A stretch of 64,000 bases of DNA. Origin: Phoronis australis. Taxonomy: Eukaryota; Animalia; Phoronida. The DNA is taken from the NCBI GenBank assembly GCA_002633005.1, contig NMRA01000399.1, forward strand, positions 257,288-321,287. The letters run 5' to 3'. Each line of letters begins with the position of its first letter. The first letter of the stretch is position 1. A model generated the notes under the pieces. That model was given only the letters and a program-made list of their open reading frames with translations, had not been told where the DNA came from and searched no databases. Below, one piece after another: positions 12,206 to 24,627 of this stretch. The position numbers and the translations under genes were made by a program.

Positions 12206-15091
12206 ACCTGTCGTTGAGAACGACTTGTCAGTAAAAATGTGGTTTCGTGACAGCGTTTCGCAAATTCTTGTAACTCGAATGCAGGGACTCTGACATCGAG
12301 ATTATTGCACTGATGTTGACATTCGCCGTGACAGTCAGCGGAGCAATTCTCCTTGGTTCTGCGACGGAGTAGCGAAATACGTGAGATTACAACCGAAAGT
12401 AACCGCTGAAAGAAGTCATAGATAGTAGCAAGCACTTTGTCCAAACAACTTCTGAATGGCCCTCAATGATATCAGTCCGTTACCCCCAAGATTTTCTTGC
12501 GACTTGGGAACGCTAATCCCCTCCGGCATACACTGGCGCCTTTGTGAGGCTGAATCAATTGCACAAAACTAAACAACGCACACTAAGGTATCGCGTTCCG
12601 AAAGTTTGTTTAGTAAACTAATTCCGTCGATAGTTCGGTTTCTTCTGAATATTTGTTAGAACGTCAGGCGTCTCAAAAATGTCACACAAAGTAATCCGTG
12701 ATCAGTCGATGAGTAAACGTCTCCCTCTACCTAAGCGCATTGTACACTTTAAACTACCCGCTACAGTACTTCGCGTAAAATCACGTGACCCTTATTTTCA
12801 CAAGGCTCCCTAAGCAAACAGAGAGACAAAGAACGAGGAAGGTTCACAGTAAATATCCATAACAGCGTTTACGTAACCACGGCGACCTGTGAAGTGTGAA
12901 GATATTCAGATGTCGTTAATCCGTTTACCGCATCCTTTTTTGTGATTGGGAATAGACGAAAACCGAATGGCACAAAGACAACGAGCATAAACAAGGGTAA
13001 TATTATATTTAAAGTAACTCCCCCTGAAGGAGCTTAATCAATAAATAGTCCAGCAGCCATTTGCCAGTTTTTTTCTCTGTTTGTGAACATTACTGCAATC
13101 TCGATGTAAATTGTCTGTGAAGGAACATTAGAGCGTTCTCCACCTATGATGTTTTTGTTTTCTGCAATTTAGGGAAATGTTCGTGTAACCCGGAAAACGT
13201 CCTTTATGGACTTATCTTTTGGTTGTGTACGTATGGCCGTAGCCCTAGATCCGCCTATGCTTCAGAAAAATAAATAGTTGAAATGAACAATGCAGTTTTA
13301 GGTGTTATACAATGGTTGACACTTTCATCTTCAGGGAACCCGCTTGTCAAAGAAAAAATTATGAACTTTTTACAGAACGGTATTATTCTGCCTATAATAA
13401 TTTGAGAAATTTGTTTGTGGGAATCAAATCCAAGTAACTGTAATCACCTTTGGAAAGGTAATTCCCTCCAGACCCGAACGAGTGACAGATTAGTTCCACA
13501 ATTTCTATGCACGGGTTTCAACTAGTAAATGTACCGAGGAAATAAACTAATAAATAATCTTAGAAACTGACAGCAGACACGCGACATGAGCTGTCATTAA
13601 ACAAAACTGTCTACGGCCAATGGCTCTTCAAAGATATTAGTCCTTTCAACACTTTCACGTTCGTCTTTAGAGAGGATTTTGCCAAGTTCGTAATTCGCGC
13701 GTCAGAAATCCCCAACATCTGTTCAGTACGTCAATCATTTCAACGACAATGCAAGCCCCGCCTACTGAACAATGCGGCAAATTCAACACTGCGGCATATA
13801 ATGTTAAACGGGTGTAAACGGCACGCGTAGAGTATGGAGACGCCCAAAACAAATAAAGAATGTTTGCCAGGGTGCCATTGTATTTACCTGTTGAATGAAA
13901 GTCCATCTGCCTCAAATTCCAGTTTGGCTCCGGGCTAACAGGTGGCAATACGATTTACAAGAGTTTTAAACCTCTTCAAAGCAATGACATGACGCGTTCT
14001 ACCTTCATTAACCTTACGAAGGACTGCTTGTGAACACAAAGAAAATAAACGTATTATCAGGAAGATATTATCTACTATTACAAAGATAACGAGCTCTTTG
14101 ATATTGTTCAGAAGAAACAACACCAACAGCGGTGGTAAAACACCCAGCTAAACACATGCAAAGAGCCTTCGATTCCTGTCATGTGTTACGCACAGAGGTG
14201 TTTGTGCAAGACGTGAGTAGAAGAAGTGTTCCATTCGTCGAAATAACATGAAATTTTATTTTTTTCTGGTGAAAAGTACTGCCCACCTGGGTAGAAAGGA
14301 ATTTCCATCCGGGTAAGAAGTACAAAAAAGTGTTTTGAATGTCATGTAGAGGTCACCGCAACAACGAAGTCCTGTGTAACAAGGTGAAACAAACTAAGAG
14401 TTTATTACAGGGGGAGCGAGTCATGCAGACAGGCTGGCAGGGACGAAGGACGGACGGACGGATGGGTAGACCGACGGGAGGAGAGAGGGAGGGAAGCAAA
14501 AATTAGTGATTACTAAGTTACGTATTATACTACTTGGGTCATTGAGCAACAAATACAGAAATTCGTCATCTGGAGTTCATACAAAAATTGTTAACTACGA
14601 GCACGTTTGTGTTCGGAGATTGAATTTCTGTATGAAGTCATCGTGTACTCATTTTTAGTGTGTCATCAGTTCTGTTGCCGATTTTACTTTCCAACAAGGA
14701 ATTTCAGCTCAAACCATTTTAGTAGAAAAATACATGCCCAAATTATGGTCGTTCAGTTTAACATCGTTTTTGAAACAAAGAATTTAGTATGATTTTTTAA
14801 GTTTAACATTTGAACTAACGAGATAAACGACGAATAGCACTCTTTAAAAACTCAGAAATTGATAATAGAACACGTTAAATTCATGGCTGTAATATTCAAA
14901 ACGTGTCTTACGTAATATCCTTCCAACGATCAGCTTTACAATCAGTTTTCTCAACTGAAAAAGGAGAATCTTCAAAACCCATAGTTTCCACAGTGCATGT
15001 GATAAAACGATGACACGTTCACTTTATCTCGTCTATCAAGTTGGAGTTGTCGCGGCTAGAACACACGCAAGGTGAGCTTGAGGCTCCAGCT

Positions 15092-15165
15092 GGCCGGTTA
15101 GCTCAGTTGGTTAGAGCGTCGTGCTAATAACGCGAATGTCGTGGGTTCGATCCCCACACTGGCCA
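15092..15165 (+). tRNA. tRNA-Ile(AAT)
   Basis: 74-nt cloverleaf GGCCGGT...ACTGGCCA, anticodon loop CTAATAA, intact A and B boxes, T5 terminator at 15169-15173. Confidence 0.97.
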
Positions 15166-15467
15166 ATATTTTTACACTATTGCAACACTGTGTACGCTGA
15201 GATGAAACAACGATCTCTTGGTTACATTTACTTTGTAATATTCTAAGACAAGAAAATTTGATACACTAACTTAGTGCATCTCTTTGATAGCTTGGTCAAA
15301 TTAGTTATAAAAACAACAGTGACGGTGTGCACACAAGTAGGTTGAAAATTGCCTAACCGTTTCGAAAACGAGTTCTGTAGCCAAAATGATCCGCCGCAAA
15401 TCACTGAACTGTGTCAAGTAAGTATCGTGACATGGTGCTGGGGAATGCATAATGCTGTCTACAGAGT

Positions 15468-15884
15468 TGCGTTGCTTGAAACATTCCCAAATAAGTTCCC
15501 TAATTCTACTGCGTATTTTTGGACTTGTGAAAATATCGATTGCCCTTTCTTGTATTGTTTTAGTTTCATTATTAAGTCAACTTTTGACTTTGATACAAAT
15601 CGAGAGTGAACTTCACATTGAATTGTCAATGTTATTGAAAATAGTTAGGGATTTTTTCATGCAACACCCCCAATTTAAGGACTGAGTCTCTATTTATTTT
15701 CAATGAACTCTGGGCTCTGTGTTAGTAGTATTATTAGAAAATGTCATTAATTAAAGAGGAGTTCATAATAAAGATAAAATTATAGAAAAACATTGCGTTT
15801 GTGTGTCCATAAACAGACAAATACGCAAAAAGATTTAGGGACCTTAGTTGAGTCCCTATTTTGGACTGTTTTATGCAACCGGCC
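15468..15884. mobile_element. About 410-bp MITE; second copy about 17010-17427 and a diverged inverted copy about 42770-43170
   Basis: Imperfect long TIRs (TCCCAAATAAGTTCCCTAATTCT vs AGATTTAGGGACCTTAGTTGAGTCCCTATTTTGGA). End ATGCAACCGGCC is Harbinger-like. Confidence 0.65.
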
Positions 15885-16619
15885 GCAGGAGCCGGGTTTG
15901 CAGATTTTTTTGTTTTCACATTTACAAGTTGTCAGTGTATAAAACTACACTTTGTTTAGCGTAGACGATGTTCAAATAGCATTGTCGGTTAGTTCCTAAA
16001 GTACATTAGCACAGGTAGGAGCATGGAAATACATTTTAATACCAGTTAACGTTTAATAATGGACCGACACACAATCACACCACAAGCGCGCAAACTGCAT
16101 ACTTTACCGAATGACAACACCAGAGATCATTAAAAATCTGCCAATTGTTTTCAAAGTATTCTTCGTTTCCATTATTCGTTAAAATATACTTAAGCTTGTT
16201 TAAGTAATATTGACGGGGAAATTGTCTTAAATTTCAGTGATAAAAACGTTCACTGGTGTATATTTGCGCCCACTCGATCCAAATATGACAGTGACAGCAT
16301 CTAAATTAGTGTTTGCATATCTCGATCTCTGGGGAAACGCCATGTTGCTGCTACTTTGAAGTTACGACCAATGGACGGTTAGCTCATTTATTTTCAAATT
16401 ATAATTACATTTATTTTGAAGTAACGACCAATCGCCGGTTAGCTCATTTGTTTTCAAATTATAATTATATTTATTTCTAAGCTACTAATTGCCATTCATT
16501 GTGAGTCGCTATCGAGGGAAAAACACTGTAATGATTAATTTGTCTTCTGCCCAGCCGTTATGACAGGGAGTTGCCATTGATTTCGTGTGTTTCCGTTTGG
16601 CGTTTATTTTGTGGCCAGT

Positions 16620-16693
16620 GGCCGGTTAGCTCAGTTGGTTAGAGCGTCGTGCTAATAACGCGAATGTCGTGGGTTCGACCCCCACACTGGCCA
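16620..16693 (+). tRNA. tRNA-Ile(AAT)
   Basis: Identical to copy 1 except T-loop TTCGACC. T5 terminator follows. Confidence 0.96.
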
Positions 16694-18110
16694 ATATTTT
16701 TACACTATTGCAGCACTGTGTACGCTGAGATGAAACAACATCCCTTGGTTACATTCACTATGTAATATTCTTAGGCAAGAAATGTTGATACGCAAACTTA
16801 AAGAAAGTGCAACTCGCACGCTAATTCCTTATCTCTTTGATTGCTTGGTCAACATATAGCGACGGTGTGCATACAAGTAAGTTGAAAATTGCATAACGGT
16901 TTAAAGAACGAGTTTGGTGGCGAAAATGATCCGCCGAATATCACTGAACTGTGTCGAGTAAGTATCCTCACGTGGTGCCGGGGAATGCATAATGCAGGCT
17001 AGTACAGAGCTGCGTTGCTTGAAACAGTCCCAAATAAGTTCCCTAATTCTACTGCGTATTTTTGGACTTGTGAAAATATCGATTGCCCTTTCTTGTATTG
17101 TTTTAGTTTCATTATTAAGTCAACTTTTGACTTTGATACAAATCGAGAGTGAACTTCACATTGAATTGTCAATGTTATTGAAAATAGTTAGGGATCTTTT
17201 CATGCAACACCCCCAATTTAAGGACTGAGTCCCTATTTATTTTCAATGAACTCTGGGCTCTGCGTTAGTAGTATTATTAGAAAGTGTCATTGATTAATGA
17301 GGATTTCATAATAAAGATAAAATGATAGAAAAATATTGCGTCTGTGTGTCCATAAACAGACAAATACGCAAAAAGATTTAGGGACCTTAGTTGAGTCCCT
17401 ATTTGGGACTGTTTTATGCAACCGGCCACAGGAGCCGGGTTTGCAGATTTTTTTTGTTTTCACATTTACAAGTTGTCAGTGTATAAAAGTACACGTTGTT
17501 TAGCGTAGACGATGTTCAAATAGCATTGTCGGTTAGTTCCTAAAGTACATTAGTACAGGTAGGAGCATGGAAATACATTTTAATACCAGTTAACGTTTAA
17601 TAATGGACCGACACACATTCACACCACAAGCGTGCAAACTGCATGATACTTTACCAAATGACAACACCAGAGATCATTCAGTCTGCCATTCGTTCAAAGT
17701 ATTCTTCGTTTCCATTTTTCGTTAAAATATACTTAAGCTTGTTTAAGTAATATTGACGGGGAAATTGTCTTAAATTTTAGTGATAAAAACGTTCACAGAT
17801 ATATATTTGCGACCACTCGATCCAAATATGACAGTGACAGCATCTAAATTAGTGTTTGCATATCTCGATCTCTGGTGAAACACCATGTTGGTGCTGTTAT
17901 TTTGAAGTTACAACCAATATCCGGTTAGCTCATTTGTTTTCAAATTATAATTACATTTATTTCTAATCTACTAATTACCATTCATTGTGCGTCGCGATCG
18001 AGGGAAAAACATTGTAATAATTAACTGAATTTGTCTTCTGCCCAGCCGTTATGACAGGGAGTTGCCATTGATTTCGTGTGTTTCCGTTTGGCGTTTATTT
18101 TGTGACCAGC

Positions 18111-18184
18111 GGCCGGTTAGCTCAGTTGGTTAGAGCGTCGTGCTAATAACGCGAATGTCGCGGGTTCGACCCCCACACTGGCCA
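18111..18184 (+). tRNA. tRNA-Ile(AAT) with one T-stem mismatch
   Basis: T-stem GCGGG/CCCAC gives a C:A mismatch. Otherwise intact, with terminator. Confidence 0.88.
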
Positions 18185-18538
18185 ATATTTTTACATTATT
18201 GCAGCACTGTGTACGCTGAGATGAAACAACATCCCTTGGTTACATTCACTATGTAATGTTCTTAGGCAAGAAATTTTGATACGCAAACTTAAAAGTGCAA
18301 CTCGCACCCTAATTCCTTATCTCTTTGATTGCTTGGTCAAATTAGTTATAAAAACAACATATAGCGACGGTGTGCATACAAGTAAGTTGAAAATTGCATA
18401 ACGTTTTTAAAAACGAGTTTGGTGGCGAAAATGATCCGCCGCAAATCACTGAACTGTGTCAAGTAAGTATAGTGATGTGGTGCTGGGAGTTGCCATTGAT
18501 TGCGTGTGTTTCCGTTTGGCGTTTATTGTGCGACCAAC

Positions 18539-18612
18539 GGCCGGTTAGTTCAGTTGGTTAGATCGTCGTGCTAATAACGCGAATGTCGTGGGTTCGACCC
18601 TCACACTGGCCA
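18539..18612 (+). tRNA. tRNA-Ile(AAT), degenerate copy or possible pseudogene
   Basis: D-stem GTTC/GATC has a T:T mismatch and the T-stem has a new G:T pair. Anticodon arm and terminator intact. Confidence 0.7.
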
Positions 18613-18695
18613 GTATTTTTACGTGGATAGAATTGTCTAGACCATCTCGCCCAGGCGGAGTTGTTGGGTATAAATTTGAAACTTCAAACTTGGGA

Positions 18696-18769
18696 AACGC
18701 AGTTAGTTCAGAGGATCAGAGCATCGTGCTAATAACGCGAATATTGTGTGTTGTGTCCCGCACTTGCCA
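18696..18769 (+). pseudogene. tRNA-Ile(AAT) relic
   Basis: Anticodon arm TCGTGCTAATAACGCGA retained. A box, B box and acceptor stem eroded. Confidence 0.75.
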
Positions 18770-19144
18770 AGATTTAGTTGCAACTGTTTAAAGTGCCGTC
18801 CGCTCACCGTAAAGCAGATCTACCGTGCACGAGAATGATATCGAAGTGACTAAGTGTCCGGTATCCTGACCAGGTGTCCAGTGTGCCATAGCCCTGCCCC
18901 CTCCGGACACGACGTTACATGTGGCTATTGTAGAACCTACGCGAGAGTTTTTCTGCGAAATGTGTAAATTGTTGCCCCCCCCCCATAAGACACTCTAGAT
19001 CCGCCAGTGGAAAGCGATTTGATTAACTTTTATTGCATTTTGCATGAAATATGGTTTCTTGTACTCCTGGAGTTGTCCGACAGCAATTCTGTTTTCGGAA
19101 GATGGAAGATTTTAGTTTGTCATGCAAGTGCTCCATATGTAAAC

Positions 19145-19605
19145 CGGAAGTTATATCACTAGTACAACTTGTATTGAGAAAAAGGCGTGTGAAGGGAAGT
19201 TATGTCTCTATTACAACTTGTATTGAGAATAGGGCGTGTGTACGAAAGTTATGTCACTAGTACAACTTATATTGACAATGGGGCGTGTGTACGGAAGTTA
19301 TGTCACTAGTACAACTTGTACTGAGAATAGGGAGTGTAAACGGAAGTTAGTAGTACAACTTGTATTGAGAATAGGGCGTGTAAACGGAACTTATGTCACT
19401 AGTACAACTTGTATTGAGAAAAGGGCGTGTGAACGAAATTTATGTCACTAGTACAACTTGTATTAAGAAAAGGGCGTGTGAACGAAAGTTATGTCACTAG
19501 TACAACTTGTATTGAGAATAGGGCGTGTGTACGGAGGTTATGTCACTAGTACAACTTATTTTGAGAAAAGGGCGTGTGAACGGAAGTTATGTCACTAGTA
19601 CTACT
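19145..19605. repeat. About 49-bp minisatellite (GGAAGTTATGTCACTAGTACAACTTGTATTGAGAATAGGGCGTGTGTAC)
   Basis: About 9 tandem copies with no unique spacers. Confidence 0.92.
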
Positions 19606-21431
19606 TACGGGCCCTTTTGCAAACGGTTCAACTTTTGGGCGTCATCGACAAAGGATTTGTGTACACGGCAACGATATCGTTACGGAGTTAAGTTTGTTGT
19701 ATTGATACAAGTTACGGGTGAAATTTGTCTTGTTTCTCACAAAGCCTTGTTTTTAATTGACACTTGCTAACTTTGTTCTTTGTGGAAGCACGCTAAAATC
19801 GTTGCAAATTATGGCGCTTATGTTTGGAAAAAATCCGAATATTTACCCGTTTTAGAAGATCCAATGTCCACGCAAGCTTTCGAAGCAACTTACCGATGGT
19901 GCTATTTTGGGGGAGGGTCCGCTTATGACGGAGACACCTACATGTACAAACAGAGCACTTGAGAGCGCATTGACACCTGTCGCATGCAAACAAAGAATGG
20001 TATCAAACCTTTCAATGGAAGTACTGACCGCTTGAAGTGATCATAACTTACTGTGTTTGTTCAGAGGCTTGGACACGCGTTTGTTCATGGTTTGTGTACA
20101 GACAAACGTTCTTCAATATCGAGTAAAAGAGGAACTCCAATTTGTAAAATTTCTCAGCAAAAATTAATTTTAATGACCGTGACATCATTTCATTACTAGC
20201 ATGGGTTGTACACTACGACTGAAACAACAAAACAAAATGTGAATATACGTGCAATTTACATAGTTTTCCGTACATCAAGACAGATTGCCCGCCGTTATAT
20301 TTATGAAACAGATTGCCATGATTAAATCAAACCGAAGTTGTGCGCGAATCTCTCTGCCCAAACAACAGACGTACTGCATTTAGTCGCTAATGGTGTAATA
20401 TAATATCTAATTAAAAATAATATAAATACAGGGTTTTACCTCAGAGAACTAACAAAATGGCCGGGGGGTGAAAAGGAAGTAGTGACGAAGCCTACATTCC
20501 CCCAGCATAATCGGGAAATTCAGAACAAACTTGATAGTCATGATTGCATCATGGTGAAATGTCGAACTGTTGGTAATATGCTTTTTGGTTCTTGGTAAAC
20601 TAAGGCGACTGACTTGCATTTCACCAAAGAGACCAACTTTTGACTTAGCACTTACGGTTTGTGACGTAATTTCTGGGTTTGCGAAGAACTGACGATTCGA
20701 TATTTCTTGAGGCCATGCCTGGCACATAAAACGACACTCTGAGGCAAGACAAATGTAGAGCCCGGTCTAGTGCAATAGCGAACGCTATGAATCTTTGAAA
20801 ATTTCTCCAATTAGACAAAGGAACAATTTGATAACAATCTTATAACGGTGAGTTGTCCAAATCATTTTTTGTGATAGAGAGCGGGTTCTTAGTCGCCATC
20901 TCGTCTCATTCGGGTATAATAATAGGGACTTCTTATCAAGCGGCTCGTGCTTTGAATTTACCGCCATCTCATGTTGTCAACAATGACAGGTGTTCCAAAG
21001 ATAATGACCTACTTTACTAACGTATGTGACCTCTCGGAAACCTTTGACCCACTTTTTATCAAGCATCTAGAACTCGCGTACAAATCCAAAGTTAGTAAAG
21101 TTCAGTGTCATCTAAATTTCATCAGTGACAAAATTTGTGTTTAAATGTTTCACTATGCTGATTTCTTTCGGGTATTTATCTTCTATGATTGACGTTGCCT
21201 GTCCCGTTGGCTAACGGATTTGAATTAAATTTAGCATGTGCATATGTAGGTAAAACTTGAAAGATCAGAACGCCTTGAGGAAGCTATAGAATAGAGTAGA
21301 GTTGTTTTCGGTTAAAACGTATCATACGTTTGTCGATAAATAAAGAACACAGACCATTGAGAAGCTTTTACATCCGACCAACAGGAGATTGTTTTTAAAA
21401 TTCTCTTGTTAAAAAGTAACTTGATTGCAAA

Positions 21432-21651
21432 GCCGGTGGGTGCGAAACTCGGGATTGGAGGACTTGTGTAACCCCTCAGTTCAGCGTCAAGTTTTCTGCT
21501 TCCGTGGGACGCTCCTCTCTGAGGAACTAAACAGGGGAGTCCGGGATGAAGCTGATCGTGGCGGATTCAAACTGCGCGGATCTCTGTTGCTGGCCAGTGG
21601 TGTGTGATTCGATGCACCCGGGGTTTCTGGCGGGCTACGCATTCTACTGGC
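21432..21651 (+). ncRNA. Candidate structured RNA or structured retroelement, unidentified
   Basis: GC-rich island in AT-rich DNA with nested helices containing many G-U pairs. See findings. Confidence 0.35.
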
Positions 21652-22755
21652 AATAATAACCGTGAACGATAGTAATACATGCACGCACCCAGCCTAGAAT
21701 ATAGGGGGCTCGAATTTTTCAGTATATGGACCTTTTACTGAGAAAAAATAAAACGGGGACTAAAAAACGGGTTGTGACTACTTTCAGACCTATGGCCATT
21801 TATTTTGTTTTGTAACGTATTGAGATGTTTGGTTCACGTATTGAAACAGGTCACTTTTTGGTCGTGTAGTGAAATGGGTGAAAGTTTCATGAGTTTTTGT
21901 GAATCTGTTTGTTCACGATTCTTAGGAAGCGAAATGGATCTATTTTTAACTCTTGAAGGCACACCTGAGTCCATAGGTACATGAGGACCCCTAGGGTGAC
22001 GATGAAATAGATTGACAGGAGGAATGAACCTGAGCCTCGAGCCGTCCCTGCACCTCACGTCTTACGGGCTAACAAGCATATACGTATCAATAGTTTGTAA
22101 TGTATATAGTGATCGGATGATAAAATGATATCCCTTACATATCAAGTAGAGGCCCTAACTAAGGAAGCTAGATTATTAGATGAAAGTAATATTTCCGGTC
22201 CACAGGGCCTGCCAGCAACTATTATTTTCACCGAGAAACGGATGTGTCTTTGCAACATATATCCCCGTTTATTCAGTTTTGACCTGTCAAGCATCAGCGT
22301 ATGCTGGCATATAGCAAACATCTGCTCGAAGATCTTTTATGAACTTAATTCCCATCCGCTTACTACAAAACGTTATTCTATCTAAGATTGGCAGCAGACG
22401 ATAAAAAGCAGACAAGGAAACAAAAATAAAAATAAATACCTTTAATGTAATCTTCATACAGCTCCATATCCTGACACACTGAACAGCAATTCCCCTGTCC
22501 AGTTTTAACATATCGTTTCCTCGGTAACAGGTGGGGCCCGCGGGTGTTAACGGAATCTGACGAGTGCTAAAATTATGTAACTTGCGCACATCCTTAAAAT
22601 GTTGTCACCATCACGAATGTATGCATGCACGGATTTGACGCTACAGGCATTCCTTTGTTTTCGTGTGAACTTTGAAGTTCTTTGTTTGACAGAAAAAATG
22701 ACCGAACACAGCAGTTGAATTAAATGTGCCATCTGTCAGTGTAATAAGCGGAATG

Positions 22756-22845
22756 TGGCTTGACAATCAGAGCCCTCTATGATTGGCTTGACAATCAGAG
22801 CCCTCTATGATTGGCTTGACAATCAGAGCCCTCTATGATTGGCTT
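22756..22845. repeat. 28-bp tandem repeat, 3 copies
   Basis: Unit TGGCTTGACAATCAGAGCCCTCTATGAT. Confidence 0.92.
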
Positions 22846-23075
22846 ATAATTTACACGCACAAATACCACGTTCTACGTTTAATATAAACACCAAGCGACC
22901 AACAGACAGACAGATATGTATCATAGCGTGCTGTGCGACTAAAGACTTACAATATAACAACATTTGAAACTGAAGAAAGCTTGTCATTGACAAGCATAGA
23001 AATATAAAATATGTATTAGGTGGAAAATAATATATGCATAGAAGCAATAATAGTTATAAATATTCTCAGGTGGTG

Positions 23076-23172
23076 GTCGGATATAACTTGCCCGAATTTT
23101 GAGAACCAGCTTTCTCCACTGAATAACGGGTATCAAACTGGTTCTCAAAATACGGGCACGTTATTTCCGACT
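23076..23172. mobile_element. About 100-bp palindromic MITE
   Basis: GTCGGATATAACTTGCCCGAATTTTGAGAACCAG pairs with CTGGTTCTCAAAATACGGGCACGTTATTTCCGAC. A related fragment lies near 2740-2770. Confidence 0.65.
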
Positions 23173-24338
23173 ATTGCCTAGTATTCTCGTAACAATGCCC
23201 TGTCTCCACGATTCGTTTTCATTTGAAAAAGATTTTTTTTTTCTTCACGAAGACGGCTTCCGTACGTATCTACTGAATTCGACAACCAAAAGAGTTTATA
23301 AACCTCTCTCCAGAGTGGGGTTATGTGAAAACGAAACATTTCATCACGGACACGGCTCCCGTCTCATAAGGTGCAACAGCAACCAAGACCGCGAGTTTTT
23401 GAAAACGCTGACATCAAAATGTTGTTAGAGTATTTGTGAGGACAGACGAAATCTTTTCTAAAACGCTAGTGTCACAATTGTGTTGGCGTATTCGTTTGAA
23501 AGGAAAAATTTTAATAAATTAAAGTTGATTTGCGCTTTCGGTTGTATTATAGTAATCGTGAGGACGGGGAATTTTTTTAAAACGATGTGTGTGGACGGAG
23601 AACTCGAAGTTCTCGAAAAAGATACGGAGACGACACATCTCGACCGAGAACGTTTTGAAAACCCATACAAAAAGTTGCGTTTTCATATAAAACAGAGTAG
23701 TATGGACACTGAGGAGAGTCTCAGAGTTTGGCTAGAGCTTATAGTTTTCAGATTTTTTATCTTCTTTTTTACAATTATAATCTTGAAGTGTGCACCCACG
23801 AGTCGAGATTTATTGACCTTTCTACGATTAACTCAGAGATTTGTGGGTTATCTGCAACGCATTGTGGGACACCGTTCAGCTAAGCAGATTGAAACCAACC
23901 AATGAAAGCAGACAACGCACAAGTACAGGCACTAAATAACGAAGAACATGTATATCCCGGGCAATGTGTTTGATTTAGTCGATGATTCGTGATTCGGCAC
24001 TGGTTAAGAGTAAAAAAATCATCGTACCATTTGCAGGTTGACAGTTGCACCAAACAAACAACAAATATCCCACTTATCCACCCAGAAGGCATGAGAACTT
24101 TCAGATACATACAAAGCAGACGCTCTCGCCTGAATACATAGGGTCAAGGAAAACGATGCCCCTTCGACTGCACTTACGCTAGACCACGTGCGCTCACTCA
24201 GACTTTTTGCGATGGTGGTGGTGGTGGGGGGGGGGTCGTGCCGTCGTGATGTTGTTATCGAAACCAAATGAATCTAATAAATATATGATATAATCAACCA
24301 CCGAACTGCCATACATTTGAAAATACGAAATATTACTG

Positions 24339-24627
24339 TTAACCATTATCGCGTAGAGCACTTTCTTCTAACACAACAAGACAATGATATAGATCAGTTA
24401 GCAATGGCCTTTTAGCAGGCTTCCTGCTCATGGCCAATTTGGCGTAGTGCTTTACGCCACTCAAGTATTTCCTGGTGTCCGTGACACGTGCGGTCGCATA
24501 AACGTCCGCCATTATTTTCCCCAAACTGTAAGTATCACAAGCTACACTTGTGGCTTTTCCATCCAATGCTTCCGGGGCTAAATGAGCTCGCTTCCTTCTG
24601 TGCTCTGCTTCCTTCACGGGACGGAAT
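24339..24627 (-). CDS. Protein kinase last exon, subdomains VIII-XI
   Basis: ttttctag| acceptor in phase 2. HLAPE, DTYSLG, KPAKRP, then TAA stop. Confidence 0.9.

Larger units (their letters stand above)
15092..18620 (+). repeat. Tandem duplication of a tRNA-Ile unit (1528, 1491 and 428 bp between tRNA starts)
   Basis: Spacer sequence after each tRNA aligns between units, with scattered substitutions and indels. Confidence 0.9.

Noticed and set aside
12145-12444. 99-aa ORF as the N-terminus of the RGS3-like protein
   Set aside because: It starts at TTG, is in a different frame from the spliced exon, and stops at 12145.
15866-15884. Reverse GGCCGGTT as an inverted tRNA-Ile fragment
   Set aside because: It continues as GCATAAAAC, the MITE terminus, so the 8-nt match is coincidental.
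19145-19605. Regularly spaced repeats here and at 8652, 30969, 33470 and 41344 as CRISPR arrays
   Set aside because: Units are head-to-tail with no unique spacers, there are no cas genes, and the context is eukaryotic. These are minisatellites.
21466-21480. TAACCC followed by a hairpin and U-rich loop as telomerase RNA
   Set aside because: The sequence is TAACCCCTCA, not a 1.5-repeat CTAACCCTAA template, and no CR4/5 or H/ACA domain is visible.
21443-21528. GAAA and CTGAGGA as a hammerhead core; also CTGATGA at about 5343 and 6548
   Set aside because: Stems I, II and III cannot be formed around the core nucleotides.
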